Assembly (NCBI GenBank): GCA_039621445.1
Contig: CP154954.1
Span: 31,458,012 to 31,522,011, forward strand
DNA from: Euglena gracilis
Lineage: Eukaryota
Direction of reading: 5' to 3'
Length of the DNA stretch: 64,000 bases
Below the pieces are notes generated by a model. The model was given only the letters and a program-made list of their open reading frames with translations. It did no database searches and was not told the origin of the DNA. Both the position numbers and the translations under genes were made by a program. Shown piece after piece: positions 60,201-64,000 of the stretch (position 1 is its first letter; every line of letters begins with the position of its first letter).

Positions 60201-63200
60201 GCACGTATTCGCCTGCAGTCAGGCCGGCGGTTATTAGGCCACCCACGCAGGCAGAAGATCAGGGAGGGGAGTGAGGCCGAACTCAGGCTGGCCAGACTTA
60301 ACCCTAACCTTGCGCCCTCACTAACCCCAAGGCAAACCCCGTGGCATACCTGGTGTCAAGTTTAATGACCCCCCAGGGGCGGTACTAAACTTAACACTTG
60401 CCATGTGTCCATCTCTCCACACCTCCGACATCTCCATCTCCAAATATTAGTTTCCCCTCTCAAAATGGTCATTTTGAGGTTGATAGCTCGTGGAATATTC
60501 ATCAAAACTTGCCAAAAATGGTATTTTTGGCCATCTTCGGTCAAAAAAGTGCCCTTGTGGTGAACTTCACTGGTTTGGGCTTGGTAGAGGGTTCGGGACT
60601 CCCTGGTGAAGGTTCAAACGGGGGTCCAAAAATGATCAAAGTCTGCTGTCTGATCTCACCACATGCATTTTAATGCTATTCCTGGGGATTCATGCTATTC
60701 CGGGCTTCATTTGGTTTCATTGAAGAACAACCTTGTAAAAAGGTAAGCGCAAGAAGGAGCCTCTTTCGGATGCCGAGGCTGCACGTGTGCCCAAATGAGT
60801 CCCACTGCAGGGGGGCTCGAACCAGACAGGTACTAGCTGGACCCCCAGGTGGGGTCGGAGGGGGAGGGGGGGCACGGCCAGCTGGCAGCTGGACCTGGTT
60901 GGCGCTCAAAAAAAAAGTACAAACCCACTGGATTGGAAATGTTCAGCCCTCAAAAAACGCTCAACCATTTTTGGCATTTTCCCCCTTTTTTGGAGACATT
61001 TTCTGCGCTTTGTTCCAAAAAAAACTTTCGGTCCAGCTGACGAGAGTGGCTGACCTCCTCCCAGGGGGTAGGATCCCCTCTGGCTTAAGAAAAAAACTGC
61101 AACCCGGGGCTTGTTTGACCCGAAGCTTGTTTCCGGCCAATTGAATGTTTCCATTTCTGGAACCCCCCTGTGGATGAACTTTAATTCTTGTCTCAATCTC
61201 TGAAGGGCTTTTCAACAAATGATTCTTCTTTTCCATTCTGGAAAGTTCTGGAAAGTGATTATTTACAATCTGTGATAATGACAAAATGCATCAAACTGGC
61301 TTTTCACGGGGGGGGGGGGGGGTGCCAACAAGCCAGCCGTCCTCGAGAACAGGGCCACAGTCTTGCAACTTTGTCGTTTTCGGCCCTTTTTTGGTCAAAA
61401 AAAGATCAATTTTTCTGAAATTTCTCAGAAATGGTGGGGAGTCAAAGGAAATGTCCGGAGACCCAAACTTTAAAATGCCCTATCTAAGGGTATTTTGATT
61501 TCCCGCAACTCCCCACCCAGCCCGAGTTACAATCATTTTTCGGCCAATTTGGGCAATTTTGTACAGTTTTGGCCTGTTTTGACTTAGACGTTTTAGGCCA
61601 TTTCGAAAAAAAAATCGGAAAAAAAAATGTCCGAAACGATGTTTTCTGGCCTCCTGGACCCGTTTTGACGGTTTTGGCAATGGGCAAAAATGTCTCAAAA
61701 ATGATAATTTTTTACCGTATTTTATTTCAAAACACGTTTTTGGGGGGGTGCATTTTCGAAAATTCTACGGTGGTCAATTTTTTGGAGTTCCCTGAAAATC
61801 CTGAGTAGGGGTCTTATTTGGGGGGGGTCGCTGAGCTCTTATCTCTTTAGAGTAAGAGCGAAGCTTACCACCCGGCGGAAGGGGAGGGCCAGACCAACCC
61901 AACACCCACCACACCAGCCCCCACCACCCCCCCCCCCCCCCCCCCCCCCCCCACGCCACGCCCCCCCCCCTCCCCGGGTCGGCCGGGGGGCCTGAGGATT
62001 ATCGTTGTGACCTGATTTCCTGGTTCCCAAAATGAATGGCCTAGGTGCAGAACAGCCACACCGCGCGACACCCTGCACAGCAGCGCACAGGCATCCATCA
62101 CCATGACCAGGCCTCGGGCTCGACGCAGTGAGGAATCAAACAAACGTTCAACGTTATTATTTTTTCTGGGAGTGAAGGTTTTCTGCAGTGGATTAGCTTC
62201 GCACGCCATTTTCTGCGGCGTCCGCACACCGGAGATGTAGAGGGTGGGAGGCTTCTCCCCGAGGCGTTCCCGCTCTTGCACCAGGTGGCCGGGTGAGCGG
62301 CGGCCGGAAAGGGTTGCCGGGGCCAAGTTTCCGCCCGGTGGGAGGACAGCGGCAGGCCCCGCGAATAAAAAGCTCATGGGTGTCCCCTTGCCTTCTCCAT
62401 TCAGCTGTTCCTTTTGCTCATGAGGCTGGAAAATTGGGTTGGTGGAAAAGGATGCTGGCTGACCTCCCCCAGAAGGGTCCTTTGGCTGGAACTGGGCCCA
62501 AACTGGGGGTCAAACCGGGTACCAAAAAAAATGAAAAATGCGAAAAAAAAATCCAAATAAAAAGCCAATTATACAGAAGTACCGTTTTCCGACCCATTAT
62601 TGCCCATTTTCGGGCGGTTTTTGTTTGCAGCTCCGAAGTCAAAAAGGCTTCTAACGGCTGAAAATTAAATAAACTCGTCGATGAGGGAGGAGGGGTTCGG
62701 AAGTACAGTTGCAGTGACGGCATCCCACCCCCCACTGGAGTCTATTGAGGAGGGATTTTTGGTCGGCTTGGCTGGTTGGTTTGGTTGGCTTGAATGGTCG
62801 GATTATTCAATGGTTTCTTAATGGATTAGCTCGTTAACCGCTGGTCAGCCCTGGTTGGCCCTGGTCAGCCCTGGTCGGCCATGGTCGGCAAATAGTCTAC
62901 CATAGGTGGGGGCAACCCAGCAAACCAGATTTCTTTGTTGTACAGCGGGGGGGTATACTAACCTGCAGCCTCAAACCCTATGGGCTGTGGTGTCTGGAAA
63001 AAGCTGCTGGCTGGCTGGCATGGTGTCCAACTTGGAACGACGCCCTGATTAAAATACAGGAGGAAGAAGAAGGTTTCTGATTTCAAAATGGCCAAAATGG
63101 AGAAAACCCAGTGGCGAAGGGGGAATATAGGCAATGGAAAACACATCAAACTTTTTTGCAATTTTTTTTGAGCAATAGCTCTTCTGTGAAGAAAATATGA

Positions 63201-63781
63201 AGATTGATTCATTCATTGTCAAGAAGGAAGGCGCAAACAGCGAGCTCGCGCCTGTTGCCCACACCCCGTCCCCACAACCCCTTCCCCCCTCTCCCCTGGC
63301 CTCCCTCCCCGCCGGGCCACGGCGGGGGCTTGGGCGCGGCGGCCAGTGCAGGGTCCTGCACCTGGCCGAGGTGGTCCCAGCCGGAGGGGCGGTGGGCCGC
63401 CCCGCCCTGCAGGCAACAGGGATGGTGGGGGGGGGGGACGAGCAGCAGGGTGTGACAGAAGGGCAGGTGGGGGAAGGGGGGGCTGAACGGAGCAGTGGCA
63501 TGACCAAATTCGGCCGGCGGAAGCGGCGTGGCTGCCGACAGTGTCGGAAAGCGGCACACTCCCCCCACAGAACGGCCGACAGGCACAGAGCAAAACCGTC
63601 AAAACCCTGAAACCCCCCCTGTGACCCCCTCTGAAGAGGACAGCAGCCACGGGGGGGGGGGGGGGGGGGCACACCTCTGCGCCCAACTCCCGCTCCCGCT
63701 GCAGCTCCAGCTCCTTCAGCCGCTCCTTGTCCGCCAGCTTCTGCCGCAGGTTGGCCGCGATGCGCTCCAAGGCGTTGGCCC
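53957..63781 (-). CDS. Gene 2 (whole model): RRM + Arg/Ser-rich SR-like RNA-binding protein; 5' end beyond right edge
   Basis: Exons 63675-63781, 63362-63406, 62230-62347, 59796-59951, 59084-59196, ~55030-55206, ~53957-54200. Splicing yields a full RRM: PTLYISG|LDTLLSDEDIMSFL...KHYGFFTF...FRKCL|ELDGHVGVGRFTLTVSVS, then RSRSRSRSP and RDRERERERSR. Confidence 0.8.
55030..55206 (-). CDS. Gene 2 RS-domain exon (RRHEAWEALGAWARSRSRSRSPAR...), 3' boundary unresolved
   Basis: CCCTGCAG| acceptor in phase 0; GC-rich open frame that may extend to ~54760. Confidence 0.65.
55927..56359. mobile_element. hAT-type MITE inside an intron of gene 2
   Basis: TIR CAGGGTTTTTTTTA / TAAAAAAAATCCCTG; perfect 8-bp TSD GGTGGAAT (55919-55926; 56360-56367). 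Confidence 0.9.
59084..59196 (-). CDS. Gene 2 exon completing the RRM
   Basis: CCAG|AG acceptor; GAG|GTGTGC donor; LDG...GRFTLTVSVS. Confidence 0.82.
59796..59951 (-). CDS. Gene 2 RRM core exon (RNP1 KHYGFFTF)
   Basis: TTTAG| acceptor, G|GTGTGG donor, RRM motif. Confidence 0.88.
62230..62347 (-). CDS. Gene 2 exon ending in RNP2 (PTLYISG)
   Basis: Donor G|GTGTGC in phase 1 matches the next acceptor. Confidence 0.8.
63362..63406 (-). CDS. Gene 2 exon (GGAAHRPSGWDHLGQ)
   Basis: TTGCCTGCAG| acceptor; downstream intron starts GTG-CAGGACCC and pairs with GGGGCCTG-CCGCT|. Confidence 0.6.
63675..63781 (-). CDS. Gene 2 exon (coiled coil ANALERIAANLRQKLADKERLKELELQRERELGAE)
   Basis: Nonconventional 3' site CTG-CGGCC|; donor GAG|GTGTGC. 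Confidence 0.75.
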
Positions 63782-64000
63782 GGCCGCAGCGCCGTGGGGG
63801 TGGGGGGGGGGGGGGACACACAAAAAATGGTCCAAGAAAATGGCCATGTTTCTGGCATGCTTGAACCTTCGCCCATCCACCTAAACCATCGAAATGTGTT
63901 TCTCGCTTTTTCAATTTCGACCCGGGCGACACTCGAGCCGACCGTTTGCCGGCCTTTCGGCCCAAGGGCGGCCCTTGAAGGTGTCCCTCAAAAAAAAAAT

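Overview
Eukaryotic nuclear DNA, most likely a euglenid (inferred from GTGTG donors, candidate trans-splice acceptors and euglenid-type non-GT-AG introns). Most short ORFs in the supplied track are spurious. Gene 1 (minus strand, ATG at 45399, runs off the left edge) encodes a secreted Thr/Pro/Ser-rich mucin-like protein. I assembled 22 exons by hand into one open frame of 4920 nt (1640 codons). One intron is GT-AG; 20 complete introns and one partial intron are nonconventional, with base-paired ends and usually CAG at +4..+6 and CTG at -8..-6. Key observation: several of these introns are hAT DNA transposons. Intron 17265-23367 is a 6.1-kb element with 23-bp TIRs, a perfect 8-bp TSD (GTCCCGGT) and a ZnF_TTF/hAT transposase, disrupted by a chromoviral LTR fragment. 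The inferred splice sites cut the TSD 5|3, which accounts for the +4/-8 signature. Free-standing CAG...CTG MITEs with perfect 8-bp TSDs lie outside exons. Gene 2 (minus, ~53957 to beyond 63781) is an RRM + RS-domain SR-like protein with mostly GT-AG introns. All junctions are inferred from DNA only, without transcript data.
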